From contig JBBRRY010000002.1 of the NCBI GenBank assembly GCA_038245905.1, forward strand, positions 160,001 through 224,000: 64,000 bases of DNA, read 5' to 3'. Shown piece after piece: positions 32,684 to 42,700 of the stretch. Below the pieces are notes generated by a model. The model ran no database searches and had not been told where the DNA came from. It saw only the letters and a list, made by a program, of their open reading frames with translations. Position numbers and translations under genes: made by a program. This DNA comes from Thermoanaerobaculia bacterium (GTDB lineage: Bacteria; Acidobacteriota; Thermoanaerobaculia; UBA5066). Each line of letters begins with the position of its first letter. Positions within the stretch are counted from its first letter, which is position 1.

Positions 32684-34327
32684 ATGCGCTTCCCAGTCCA
32701 GCGACTCCTCACCGCCTTCGCCCTCGGCGCCCTCCTCCTCGCCAGGGCCCCGCTCGCCGCGCAGCTGACAGGGCTCGCACCCGAGCCGACGCCGTCCGCC
32801 GCCGAGGTCGCCGGTGATCCCTACCGCCGCGAGACGCCCTCCGGAGCGTTTTTCGGCTACATGCGGGCTGCGACCCGCCAGAATTGGGTCCTCGCGGCCG
32901 AGTATCTCCAGTGGCCGAAGGGCGCCAGGACGCCTCGCGAGGAGGTTGCAAAGGAGCTGAAGGCCGTCCTGGACGAGCGCTTCGTCGGCGACCTCGAGAA
33001 GCTCAGCCGCTCGCCGCTCGGCAACGTGAACGACGGCCTCTCCCCCGACCTCGAGCAGGCGGGCGCCATCGAGCGCGGGGACGATTCGTTCGACGTTCTC
33101 CTCGTGCGCACACAGCCGGCCGAAGGCACCGCGATTTGGCTCGTCTCCTCACAGACTCTTCGCGAGGTTCCGGCCGCCTTTCACGACTTGACGACGCCTG
33201 GGCTGGACCGCCTGATGCCGGCGATCCTCCAGCGCCAGGTCGCGGGCACGCTGCGCCTCTGGCAGGTCCTCGCGTTCTGGGTGTTGATTCCCATCGCGTG
33301 GCTCCTCGCGCGCCTCCTCGTCGCCGCCCTTCTCGGCGGCGCGCGCCGCGCGTTCGCACGGCGACCTTTCGCCGAGGGCCTCGCGGGCGGTCTCGTTTCG
33401 TTCCGCGGCCCGCTCGCGCTCCTCGCGGCCGTCCCGCTCCACGCCTTCGCCGTCGCGAAGATCGGCCTTCCGCTGCTCGGCCGGTACAACTACGGCCGAG
33501 CCTGGCGCCTCGTCGTCATCGCCGCCCTCGCGTGGCTCCTCATCCTCGTTCTCCGCTTCCTGACGTCGCGCGCCACGAGGCGACTCCTCGCGTCCGGCGC
33601 CACCGCGGCCTCCTCGCTCACGATCGGCCGCCGCGTCCTCCAGGGCACCGTCGTCCTCCTGGCCCTGCTCGCCGGCCTCGCGAGCCTGGGCGTCAACCTG
33701 ACGGCGACTCTCGCCGGACTCGGCATCGGCGGCGTCGCCCTCGCGTTCGCCGCACAGAAGAGCCTCGAGAACCTCTTCGGCGGCTTCGTCGTCCTCTCGG
33801 ACAAGATCCTCCGCGTCGGCGACACCGTCCGCATCGGCACGGCGGTTGGCGAGATCGAGGACGTGACGCTCTACGCGACGCGCCTCCGCGCCTTCGACCG
33901 CTCCGTCGTTACGATTCCGAACGGCTCTCTCATCACGGCTCAGATCGAGAACCGGAGCCGCCGCGACAAATTCTTGTTCAATCCCACGCTCGGCCTCGTG
34001 TACGAGACGACGGCGGAGCAGATGCGCGCGGTCCTGGGGAACCTGCGCGCGCGGCTGGCGTCGGACTCCCACGTCGAGAAGGGCACGATGCGCGTCCGCT
34101 TCGTGCGCCTGAACTCCTCAAGCCTCGACGTGGAGGTCTTCGCATACCTCCTCGTCCCCGACTACACGACGTTCCTTGCCATGCAGGAGGAGCTTCTCCT
34201 CATGCTCCTCGACGTCGTCGAGAAGGCCGGAACGTGCCTCGCGTTCCCGTCGCAGACGACGTACGTGGCGGGCGAGGCGGCGTCTCCGCTCGCGGCCCGG
34301 CCCGCACGGGCCGCCCCGGCCCCATGA
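32684..34327 (+). CDS. MscS-family mechanosensitive channel
   Basis: LAGLGIGGVALAFAAQKSLENLFGG, VGD and IPNG; N-terminal periplasmic domain. Confidence 0.9.
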   Translation: MRFPVQRLLTAFALGALLLARAPLAAQLTGLAPEPTPSAAEVAGDPYRRETPSGAFFGYMRAATRQNWVLAAEYLQWPKGARTPREEVAKELKAVLDERFVGDLEKLSRSPLGNVNDGLSPDLEQAGAIERGDDSFDVLLVRTQPAEGTAIWLVSSQTLREVPAAFHDLTTPGLDRLMPAILQRQVAGTLRLWQVLAFWVLIPIAWLLARLLVAALLGGARRAFARRPFAEGLAGGLVSFRGPLALLAAVPLHAFAVAKIGLPLLGRYNYGRAWRLVVIAALAWLLILVLRFLTSRATRRLLASGATAASSLTIGRRVLQGTVVLLALLAGLASLGVNLTATLAGLGIGGVALAFAAQKSLENLFGGFVVLSDKILRVGDTVRIGTAVGEIEDVTLYATRLRAFDRSVVTIPNGSLITAQIENRSRRDKFLFNPTLGLVYETTAEQMRAVLGNLRARLASDSHVEKGTMRVRFVRLNSSSLDVEVFAYLLVPDYTTFLAMQEELLLMLLDVVEKAGTCLAFPSQTTYVAGEAASPLAARPARAAPAP

Positions 34328-36372
34328 GGACGACCCGGACCTTCAGAGTCTCGGGCCTCGTCCTCCTCGCGGGAGCGTTGCTCTGCGCCGTGCCGGCGGT
34401 CCGCCCCGTAGGAATCTTCGCCCTCGTGTGCAGCGTGCCCGTGTTCGCTGTCAGCGCGACCCGGCATCTCCTGCGCGGCCTCCTGTGGCGCGTCGGGAGC
34501 CGGCTTCTCGTCTCGTACCTCCTCCTCGTCTCGGCGGTCGTCTTCGCGGCTTTCTTCGTCGGTGCGGCCGTTCTCGTCATTGCGGGCCAGCTCGGGACGC
34601 GCCGCGTCGAGACCGCGCTCGGGAAGCGACGCGCCACCCTCGCGGAGCTTGCGCACGATCTCGCGCCGCGGATCGAGACGGCGCACGATTCGGCCGCGCG
34701 GGCGCGAGCGTTCACCGAGGCGGCGGTCTCGTCGCCGTTACCGGCAGAGATCGGGATGGTCTGGCAGCCTAAAGGCGGGGCCGTCGAGAGGGCCGGCGCC
34801 GCGATTGCCCCGAACCTCGCGCCGCGGCCGTGGATGACGTCGCGCGCGACCGTCCTCGCGAAGTGGTCCGATCAGGTCTTCGCGGCAGCGATCGAGCCGC
34901 GCTCCGCCGGCACGCTCGTTCTCACGCTAGGCCTCCATTCGGCGCTCCGCCGCGAGCTCGAGAAGGATACCGGCAACATCATTCGCTTCCGCGGCGCGGT
35001 CACGGTGAAGGAACTCCCAGCGGACACGCCCAAGGGCGGCGTGCATATCACGCTCGATACGGGCGAGAAGGGCAAGACGACGAGCGTCACAGGTGCACCC
35101 GACTCCGGCGGTGAGCAGGCGGCGTCCGGCGAGACGGCGGCACCGCCCGCCGGCTCGGGCCCCTGGTCCGGGCGCTGGACCGCGTTCCCACTCTTCCTGT
35201 CCGAGCCGGTCCTCGACTGGGAGACGGGCCAGCTGCTCGAAGGGCGGCCCATCCTCATCCTGGTGAGGACCTCTCTCGACCGGGAAGCGCACGCGCTCTT
35301 CGGGGACCTCAGGATCGCGGGCTCCCAGCGACTCCAGATGAGCCGCGTCGTCCTCGCCGTGATGGGCTCTCTCGGCTTCGCGACGATCCTCGTCTTCTTC
35401 GGTGCGTCTCTCCTCGCCGCCCTCCTCGTCTACCGGATCGCACGGGCGACGCGGCGGCTCTCGCTCGGCTTCACGGAGATCGAGAAAGGCAACTTTGCGC
35501 ACCGCATCGTCTTCAAGGGTCACGACCAGCTCGCGGCCCTCGTCGCGAGCTTCAACGCGATGGCGGTGCATCTCGGCGCGAGCGTCGAGGAAAAAGCCGA
35601 AAAGGAGGCTCTCGAGCACGAGCTGTCCGTCGCGCGCGACCTCCAGCGGCGCCTCCTCCCGCCCGCCGACTTCGCGTGCCCGGGCGTCGAGATCGCGGTC
35701 GACTTCGCGCCCGCGGCCGCGATCGGCGGCGACTTCTACGACCTGTCGTACGCCGAACGCGTCCTGACGGTTTCCGTGGCCGACGTGTCGGGCCACGGGC
35801 TCCCGACGGGGCTCGTGATGGCCGCCGCGAAGGCGTCTCTCGGCATGCTGGCCCGCACGGGCTCGGAAGGCGTCCGGCTCATGGAGCTGCTGCACGAGGA
35901 GATCGTCCGGACGACCGAACGCCGGACCTTCGTCACGCTCGCGCACCTCGTGTTCGACCTCGCGAAAGGGACCGTCTCCTATACGAACGCCGGGCATCCG
36001 TATCCCTACCGCGTGCGGAAGGACGGAACCGCTCAGGCCCTCGTGAATCCCGCGCGGCCCCTCGGCCTCCATCTTTCGGGCGGGTGGCACACCGTCATCG
36101 AGCCGCTCACCGCGGGCGATTGCTGGGTGGTTTTCTCGGACGGGCTCATCGAGGCAACGCGCGGAAAGGCCGACGGATCCGATGGATCCGACGAATCCTG
36201 GGGCTTTGAGCGCCTCGAAGAGGTGTTGCGCGCGGGCCCTTTCGAAAGCGCCGCCGCGCTGAAGGTCCGCATCCTGGATGCGCAGCGCGCGTTTACGCAG
36301 AAGACGGACACCGAGGACGACCGGACGCTTCTCGTCCTCCGGATCGACGGCGCCGTCAGCGCCGAAGCGTGA
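34324..36372 (+). CDS. Membrane HAMP plus PP2C/SpoIIE (RsbU-like) phosphatase
   Basis: TM segments, HAMP, IGGDFYD, VADVSGHG, NAGHP, FSDGL and DDRT. Confidence 0.9.
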   Translation: MRTTRTFRVSGLVLLAGALLCAVPAVRPVGIFALVCSVPVFAVSATRHLLRGLLWRVGSRLLVSYLLLVSAVVFAAFFVGAAVLVIAGQLGTRRVETALGKRRATLAELAHDLAPRIETAHDSAARARAFTEAAVSSPLPAEIGMVWQPKGGAVERAGAAIAPNLAPRPWMTSRATVLAKWSDQVFAAAIEPRSAGTLVLTLGLHSALRRELEKDTGNIIRFRGAVTVKELPADTPKGGVHITLDTGEKGKTTSVTGAPDSGGEQAASGETAAPPAGSGPWSGRWTAFPLFLSEPVLDWETGQLLEGRPILILVRTSLDREAHALFGDLRIAGSQRLQMSRVVLAVMGSLGFATILVFFGASLLAALLVYRIARATRRLSLGFTEIEKGNFAHRIVFKGHDQLAALVASFNAMAVHLGASVEEKAEKEALEHELSVARDLQRRLLPPADFACPGVEIAVDFAPAAAIGGDFYDLSYAERVLTVSVADVSGHGLPTGLVMAAAKASLGMLARTGSEGVRLMELLHEEIVRTTERRTFVTLAHLVFDLAKGTVSYTNAGHPYPYRVRKDGTAQALVNPARPLGLHLSGGWHTVIEPLTAGDCWVVFSDGLIEATRGKADGSDGSDESWGFERLEEVLRAGPFESAAALKVRILDAQRAFTQKTDTEDDRTLLVLRIDGAVSAEA

Positions 36373-37849
36373 ACGCGCGCGTGAAACCGTCCGACGTGTC
36401 CGTCACGGTCACCGACACGGCACCCTCACTGCCAAGCGCGTAGGTCTCCACGACCTCCGGGCCGTTCGCCCGGCGCACGATCGACGCCCGCTCCAGCTGC
36501 GCCTCCCGGAGTCCGGACTCGAACGGCACGAAGACCTCGTCCCATGGCGTCACGTCTCCGTCGGGCCGCCCGCCGGTGAGGCGCGTGCACTCGAGGAAAC
36601 GGAAATGGCCCACGTTGTGAGCGGCGCGATAGCGGCGCACGACCGTCACGGGAGCCGCCCCCGCTTCCGGAAGCGAAGTGTCCTTCGGAAAAATCGGGTC
36701 GAAGACGACGTCCGTGCCCGCATCGCTCTCGCGGAATACGCCGAAGTGGCGGGACAGCTTGTCCGAAAGCGTCCAGCCCGCCTCCCGGTCGAGGAACACG
36801 GCGAGCCCCATCGCCGTCGCGGCGAAAGGATGCGGCGACCGGCGGACCCGCTTCTCGCCGAAGCGCTCCTTGAGGACGCGCGTCACGAGCGGGAAGAGGG
36901 CTCCGCCCCCCACGACGTACACCCCCGCTACGTCGCTCCAGAGGATCGCGCCGCTTTCCGAGCCCGCGAGAAGGGGCTCGACAGCCTCCAGCGAGCGCTG
37001 CACGAGCGGCGCGCACGCCGCGTAGATCTCGTCGACGGGGAGGACGAGCGGCTCCTTGCCAATCGCTCCGAGATCCACGAGAACGCGCCGCGTGTTCGGG
37101 CTGAGGCTCTCCTTCTGACGCACGCACTCCTCGAGAACGAGGGCCCTCTCTTCGCCGGCAAGCGTGCCGGTGGACGCCCGCTCGAGGACGAGGCCGAGGA
37201 TCGCCTCGTCAAAATCGTCGCCCCCGAGCCGCCGCACGCCGTTTGTCGTCACGACCTCGTTCGTCTTCCCCGTCATCCGGAGCAGTGAGGCGTCGAACGT
37301 GCCTCCGCCGAGGTCGTAGACGACGAGGTGCTCTCGCTTCGGGTCGAGGCGCCGGTAGCGATGCGCGTACTCGAAGCCCGCCGCCGAGGGCTCGTTGAGG
37401 AGGGCCTCCACCGCGAAGCCGCCGGCCTTGAACGCTTCGAGCGTGAGAAACCGCTGGGCCGTCGTGGCGTTCGCCGGAACCGAAACGGCGGCCGTGAGCG
37501 CCTCGTCCGCCGTCAACCCCGCGTTCGAGGCTTCGACGAGCTCGCGGTGGAGCGCGGAGAAGAATCCCGAGAGGAGCGAGCCGAGAGGGAGGCGCCAGCG
37601 GCCGATCGAAAGCTCCGTCTCGGGGCCGGCCCCGTCGAGAAGCCGCTTGAGCGAGCGGATGAGGGTCCAGCCGGGCTCGTGCCGTACCGCGAAGGCGTCC
37701 CATCCGTAGCGTCTCTCGCCGGTCGCCTCCTCGACGGCGACGAGCGACGGGACGAAGTCGCCTCCCTCGAAGGACACGACGGGCGTGTTCCCGCGGTCCA
37801 CGAGGGCGACGACCGTGTGCGTCGTACCGAAGTCGATGCCGATCCTCAC
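36356..37849 (-). CDS. Hsp70-family protein (atypical, short C-terminus)
   Basis: GIDFGTT, NEPSAA, YDLGGGTFD, LGGDDFD and VVGGG motifs. Confidence 0.88.
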   Translation of the reverse strand: MRIGIDFGTTHTVVALVDRGNTPVVSFEGGDFVPSLVAVEEATGERRYGWDAFAVRHEPGWTLIRSLKRLLDGAGPETELSIGRWRLPLGSLLSGFFSALHRELVEASNAGLTADEALTAAVSVPANATTAQRFLTLEAFKAGGFAVEALLNEPSAAGFEYAHRYRRLDPKREHLVVYDLGGGTFDASLLRMTGKTNEVVTTNGVRRLGGDDFDEAILGLVLERASTGTLAGEERALVLEECVRQKESLSPNTRRVLVDLGAIGKEPLVLPVDEIYAACAPLVQRSLEAVEPLLAGSESGAILWSDVAGVYVVGGGALFPLVTRVLKERFGEKRVRRSPHPFAATAMGLAVFLDREAGWTLSDKLSRHFGVFRESDAGTDVVFDPIFPKDTSLPEAGAAPVTVVRRYRAAHNVGHFRFLECTRLTGGRPDGDVTPWDEVFVPFESGLREAQLERASIVRRANGPEVVETYALGSEGAVSVTVTDTSDGFTRAFTLRR

Positions 37850-37876
37850 CGCGTTAGTTTAGTTAAAATGACTTTC
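37850..37876. promoter_or_regulatory. Compact bidirectional promoter
   Basis: TAAAAT (+, 37864-37869) lies 7 nt before ATG 37877; TAAACT (-, 37856-37861) lies 6 nt before GTG 37849. Confidence 0.6.
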
Positions 37877-40000
37877 ATGACGATCTCACGTGCTCTTGTC
37901 GCTGTTGCGTCGTGCGCCCTCGCGCTTCCGGCCTCGCTCCCCGCCCAGGCCCAGCCGAAGCCCGCGGTGGCCGCGACGATGGTCGTCTCGGCCACGAAGA
38001 GGCCCGAGGACCCGCTGGAGATCGCCGCCCCGGTCTCGGTCGTTTCGGGGGACGAGCTGCGCAGGCGCGGCGCGAAGACCGTCGCGGACGCGCTTCAGGA
38101 CGTCGCGGGCCTCGACACGGGGAGCGGCTCGGACAACGGCAACCGGCTCGCGAACATCGGGGTCTGGGGCCTGAAGGAATTCGACGCGCTCCTCGTCACG
38201 GTGGACGGCGTTCCGGTGGGCGGGCCTTTCAACCCGTCGCTCGCCCAGATCTCGGTCGAGGACATCGACCGGATCGAGATCGTGAAGGGGCCGCAAGGCA
38301 CGCTCTACGGCGTCTCGGCCTTCGCCGGAATGATCCAGGTCTTCACGCGGCATCCGAAGGAAGCCGGCGGGTCCCTCACGCTCGGCGGCGGTTCCTTCTC
38401 GGACAAGCACGGCAACCTCTCGTATGTGGCCGCGAGCGGCGACCAGACGATCCACCTCTTCGGCTCGATGGGACGGAGCAGAGGCTGGCAGGACGGGACG
38501 GACGCCTCATCGGACCGGCTCTCTCTCGGCTTCAGCCAGCGAACGAAAGAGGGCTCGGTCGACGTGACCGCGACCGTTCTTCGCGACACGAACTATTTCG
38601 GCTCGCCGCTTCCCGTCGACGGCGGGCAGAGAGCGCCCGGGTTCGAGATCGACCGGAACTATGCGATTGGCGGCGGACGGCTCGATCACCGCTTGTATTC
38701 GCTCTCGTCCACCGTGTCGCAGCCGCTGTCGGCGACCGTCCGCCTCGAAAACACCATGGGCCTCACGCGCGACGAGCAGATCTCCGTGCGCTCCTTCATC
38801 AACGCGGCTGACGTCACGAGCGCCACGGCGACCGGCACGTCCCTGACGCCTCTCGAGACGACGCTCTTCGACGACGCCCGAATCGTCGCCGACCTCACGG
38901 CCGCGGGTCGCCACCGCCTCGTGGCCGGAATCGCGTACACCTCGGGCAAGACGACCCTCGAGGGGACCGGCTTCGACTTCTCGCTCCTCACGGGACCGCA
39001 TCCCGTGGTGCCGACTCTCGACGCGGTCCCCGTGGGCGACCACCGCTCCGCCGAGGACAGCCGGACGTTCTGGGGCTTCTACGTGAACGACGCGTGGACA
39101 CCATGGAAGGCCCTGACGCTCACGTTCGGGGCCCGATACGACCGCACCTCCGAGTCTCTCGACGCGACGGTCGCCGAGGTCGGCGCGCCCGCGCCGGACA
39201 TCGCGGCGGACAGCCGGACGGACGGGAAGTGGTCGGGCGGCGTCGCCGCGATGGTCCGAATCGTCGACAAGCCGCGCGCCTCCGTGCTCGACGCCTTGAA
39301 CGTCTATGTCTCTCTCAAGAGCAACTTCAAGCCCGCGGCCCCGAACATCCTCGAGGCCGAGAGCGCGCGCATCCTCGAGCCGGAAAGGACCCGCTCGAGC
39401 GAGATCGGCTTCAAGACGCGGTGGGCGCGCGGCACGTTGTCTTTCGACGTCACGTTCTTCCACATGAACTTCGAGAACCTCGTCGTTTCGACGGCGGGTC
39501 CCAACGGTGGGCCATTCCTCACGAATGCCGGTGAAGAGAGGTTCCAGGGCATGGACGCCGAGCTCGGCTGGGCGCTTCCGAAGTTCGAGGGCTGGTCGCT
39601 GGCGGCGGGCTACGGCCACCACGACGCCACGTACGTGAGCTTCTCGTTCCTCACCCCCGACGGCGAGCTCCGCGTCGTGGATGGCAAGCGGCTGGAGCTC
39701 GTGCCGCGGGATCTCTGGAACGCACGCGTCTCGTATGCCCCGAAAACGGGACCCGGTCTATGGGGCGCCGTGCGGCATCAGAACATCCGGCCGCTCACGC
39801 GGAGGAACACGTTCTACACGGACTCTTTCTACGAGTGGGACGCCGGAGCGTCGTGGGAGTTCTCGTGGGGGCGCGTTTCGCTCGTCGGCCGCAACCTCGG
39901 CGACGACCGCCACTACACGTCCGACAGCGAGATCGGCGACAGCCAGTTCTACGTCGCGCCGCCGCGGCGGTTCCTGGGAGAAATCACGCTGAAGTTCTAA
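37877..40000 (+). CDS. TonB-dependent receptor
   Basis: Signal peptide, TMVVSATKR TonB box, IDRIEIVKGPQGTLYG plug motif, NL.D..Y and terminal F. Confidence 0.92.
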   Translation: MTISRALVAVASCALALPASLPAQAQPKPAVAATMVVSATKRPEDPLEIAAPVSVVSGDELRRRGAKTVADALQDVAGLDTGSGSDNGNRLANIGVWGLKEFDALLVTVDGVPVGGPFNPSLAQISVEDIDRIEIVKGPQGTLYGVSAFAGMIQVFTRHPKEAGGSLTLGGGSFSDKHGNLSYVAASGDQTIHLFGSMGRSRGWQDGTDASSDRLSLGFSQRTKEGSVDVTATVLRDTNYFGSPLPVDGGQRAPGFEIDRNYAIGGGRLDHRLYSLSSTVSQPLSATVRLENTMGLTRDEQISVRSFINAADVTSATATGTSLTPLETTLFDDARIVADLTAAGRHRLVAGIAYTSGKTTLEGTGFDFSLLTGPHPVVPTLDAVPVGDHRSAEDSRTFWGFYVNDAWTPWKALTLTFGARYDRTSESLDATVAEVGAPAPDIAADSRTDGKWSGGVAAMVRIVDKPRASVLDALNVYVSLKSNFKPAAPNILEAESARILEPERTRSSEIGFKTRWARGTLSFDVTFFHMNFENLVVSTAGPNGGPFLTNAGEERFQGMDAELGWALPKFEGWSLAAGYGHHDATYVSFSFLTPDGELRVVDGKRLELVPRDLWNARVSYAPKTGPGLWGAVRHQNIRPLTRRNTFYTDSFYEWDAGASWEFSWGRVSLVGRNLGDDRHYTSDSEIGDSQFYVAPPRRFLGEITLKF

Positions 40001-40131
40001 GGCTTTGGCTCGGGCCCGCGAGAACGCGTCATCTCGACGCCGGACGCGACGAGGCTCGCGGGTGCGATGCGTCTCATGGGAATGAATCTTAGCTCGGGCG
40101 CGTTAGGATGGACGTTCGAGAGGAGATCCAG

Positions 40132-40854
40132 ATGCCCACCGAGCTGCCCCCGAGGTCCTTCGATTCCCCCCAGCCGATCAGCCCGTCGGCGGCCGTCGCG
40201 ATTCCCACGTTCCTCGCGCGCGTCTACGCGTGGATGGCCGCGGGTCTCATGACGACGGCCCTCGCCGCTTTCCTGACCGTCTCGAACCCGGTGATCTTCA
40301 ACGCCGTCTTCGGAAACCGCCTCGTGTTCTATGGCCTCCTCTTCGCCGAGCTCGGCCTCGTCGTATGGCTGTCCGGCCTCGTCGGAAAACTCTCGTCGGG
40401 CGCGGCCTCGGCCGTGTTCCTCTTCTACTCCGCCCTGAACGGCTTGACGATGGCGAGCATCTTCGCCATCTACACGGGCTCCTCCATCGCGTCGACGTTC
40501 GCGGTCGCGGGCGGCACGTTCGCGGCCATGAGCGTCTTCGGGCTCGTGACGAAGCGCTCCCTCGACGGGCTCGGCTCCTTCGCGTCCATGGGCCTCATCG
40601 GTGTTCTCCTCGCGATGGTCGTGAACTTCTTCCTGAAGTCCAGCATGCTTCAGTTCGTTGTTTCCTGTGTTGGCGTGATCGTGTTCGTCGCGCTCACCGC
40701 GTACGACACGCGGAAGCTCAAGATGATGGCGGCGACGGTCGATGCCGCATCCGAAGAGGGCCGCCGTGGTGCGATCTCCGGCGCGCTCGCGCTCTACCTG
40801 GACTTCATCAACCTGTTCCTCATGATGCTCCGGCTGGTCGGAAACAGAAGGTAA
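40132..40854 (+). CDS. Bax inhibitor-1/YccA family membrane protein
   Basis: FLARVYAWM, LTAYDT and ALALYLDFINLF. Confidence 0.92.
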   Translation: MPTELPPRSFDSPQPISPSAAVAIPTFLARVYAWMAAGLMTTALAAFLTVSNPVIFNAVFGNRLVFYGLLFAELGLVVWLSGLVGKLSSGAASAVFLFYSALNGLTMASIFAIYTGSSIASTFAVAGGTFAAMSVFGLVTKRSLDGLGSFASMGLIGVLLAMVVNFFLKSSMLQFVVSCVGVIVFVALTAYDTRKLKMMAATVDAASEEGRRGAISGALALYLDFINLFLMMLRLVGNRR

Positions 40855-40858
40855 GCCC

Positions 40859-41137
40859 ATCCCCGAGCCCGGAACGTTCGACTCGTTCCTCGCGTGGGCG
40901 GTGTCCGTCGTTGGAATCGCCACGGGCGCGGCCTATGTTCCTCAGGCCGCGCGCATCTGGCGGCGCAAGAGCTCCGAGGACGTCTCCGTGCTCACATACG
41001 CGATGTTCCTGGGCGGGCAAGTCATCTACCTCGTCTACGGAATCCGCTTCCACCAGACCCCGATCGTGATCGGTATGGCGGCGAACATCGCGGGGAGCCT
41101 CGCCGTCATCGGGGCCGCGCTCAAGTTCCGGGCGTGA
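40859..41137 (+). CDS. SemiSWEET/PQ-loop transporter (start uncertain: 40859 ATC or 40901 GTG)
   Basis: YVPQAARIWRRKSSEDVS...LVYG...AN; three-TM pattern. Confidence 0.75.
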   Translation: MPEPGTFDSFLAWAVSVVGIATGAAYVPQAARIWRRKSSEDVSVLTYAMFLGGQVIYLVYGIRFHQTPIVIGMAANIAGSLAVIGAALKFRA

Positions 41138-41874
41138 CGTTTCAGCTGCTTCCCCAGCCTCCTGGCTCGGCGGCGTATCTCGCCGTCGACAAACGGCCCG
41201 GAATCGCGGTGCACGGCCCGGGCGGCCTGCTCGGCGCGTTGCGCGAGGAGTTCGGAACAGACCTCGCGCTCGTCCACCGCCTCGACAAGGAGACGTCGGG
41301 CGTCCTCCTCCTCGCGCGGAACGTAGAGGCGCTTCGTGCCGCGCACGCCGCATGGCCGACGAGCGTCGTGAAGACCTACCTCGCCGTCACACGGGGCGTC
41401 CCCACTCCTCCCGAGGGGTGCGTGGATGCTCCGCTTCTCGAGCACCGCACCTCGCGGCCGGACCTCCTGAAGCGCGCCGTCAAGGCGGCCTACGGCCCTT
41501 CGCGGGCGGGACACCTCCTCTCGGGCCGCCGCGTTCTCGCGATCCAGCCCCTGCCTCCGCCCGGACGAACCGCCGTTCATCCTGCGGGCCGACAAGCCGT
41601 GACGCGCTATCGCGTACTCGAGGACCGAGGCGCCACCGCGCTCGTGGAGCTCGTGCCGGAGACGGGCCGCATGCACCAGCTCCGCATTCATCTCTTGCAC
41701 CTCGGCACGCCGCTCCTCGGGGACCCCGCCTATGACCCTGGGCGCGCCGACGGCGATCCTCCCCCGCAGCTGCACGCGGCGCGCCTCGTCTGGACGGATC
41801 CTCCCGGCATGCCTCCGGACACCTCGTGGGTCTGGGAGGCGCCGCGCCCCCGCGAGGCCGTTCCTAGGCCATGA
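41134..41874 (+). CDS. RluA-family pseudouridine synthase
   Basis: VDKRPG, VHRLDKETSG, TGRMHQLRIH, GDPAY and LHA motifs. Confidence 0.9.
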   Translation: MTFQLLPQPPGSAAYLAVDKRPGIAVHGPGGLLGALREEFGTDLALVHRLDKETSGVLLLARNVEALRAAHAAWPTSVVKTYLAVTRGVPTPPEGCVDAPLLEHRTSRPDLLKRAVKAAYGPSRAGHLLSGRRVLAIQPLPPPGRTAVHPAGRQAVTRYRVLEDRGATALVELVPETGRMHQLRIHLLHLGTPLLGDPAYDPGRADGDPPPQLHAARLVWTDPPGMPPDTSWVWEAPRPREAVPRP

Positions 41875-41881
41875 TGCGGGC

Positions 41882-42700
41882 GTGACCGGGCCGACGCTTC
41901 CTCCCGAGACGCTCGCCGCGCTCTCCGCGCTCACGGGCGAGCGGCCGCTGGTCGTCTTCGACCTCGAGACGACGGGAGCCGACCGGCTGACGGACCGGAT
42001 CGTCGAGATCGCGGCCGTGCGATTCGGCCCCGGCGGCGCCATTGCCGTGTGGGAATCCCGTGTGAACCCCGGCGTGAAGATCCCCCGGGAGTCTACGCGC
42101 GTCCACGGCATCGGGGACGCCGACGTGGCGGGCGCGCCGTCGTTCCCCGAGATCGCGGGGCAGATCCTGGAGTTCTTCGGCGACGCCGACCTCGCGGGAT
42201 ACAACGTGCGCTCCTTCGACATCCCTGTGCTCCTCCGTGAGTTCGCGCTCGCTAACCTCGCCTTCTCGATCGAGAGCCGCCGCGTCGTCGACATGCAGAC
42301 GATTTACTTCAAGAAGGAGCCACGTGATCTCTCGGCGGCGGTCCGCTTTTTTGCCGGGCGCGAGCACGCGGGCGCGCACGCGGCGCTCACGGACGTCCTT
42401 GCGTCCGCCGAAGTACTTGCGGGCCAGCTCCGGCGCTACCCGGACCTTCCGCGCGACGTCGCGGCGCTGCACGAGATTTCGCGGCCGCCCGAGGGCCGCT
42501 TCGCCGATCCCGACAAGCGCTTCCTCTGGCGGGACGGCGAGATCGTGTTCGCCTTCAGCGAGCACCGCGGAAAGACGCTGGCCGAAGTTGCCGAGAAGCA
42601 CCCGGGCTTCCTCGACTGGATGATCACGAAGAGCTTCTCCGAGGAGTCCAAGCAGATCGCGCGCGACGCCCGAAAGGGCGTCTTCCCCCGAAAGGAATGA
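41882..42700 (+). CDS. DEDDh 3'-5' exonuclease (DnaQ-like)
   Basis: FDLETTG, YNVRSFD and AHAALTD motifs. Confidence 0.9.
   Translation: MTGPTLPPETLAALSALTGERPLVVFDLETTGADRLTDRIVEIAAVRFGPGGAIAVWESRVNPGVKIPRESTRVHGIGDADVAGAPSFPEIAGQILEFFGDADLAGYNVRSFDIPVLLREFALANLAFSIESRRVVDMQTIYFKKEPRDLSAAVRFFAGREHAGAHAALTDVLASAEVLAGQLRRYPDLPRDVAALHEISRPPEGRFADPDKRFLWRDGEIVFAFSEHRGKTLAEVAEKHPGFLDWMITKSFSEESKQIARDARKGVFPRKE

Noticed and set aside
32884-34323. 1162-aa giant PP2C protein, and similar 5' extensions of murD, ftsW, ftsZ and dnaX
   Set aside because: Extensions overlap upstream real genes in another frame; true starts are downstream.
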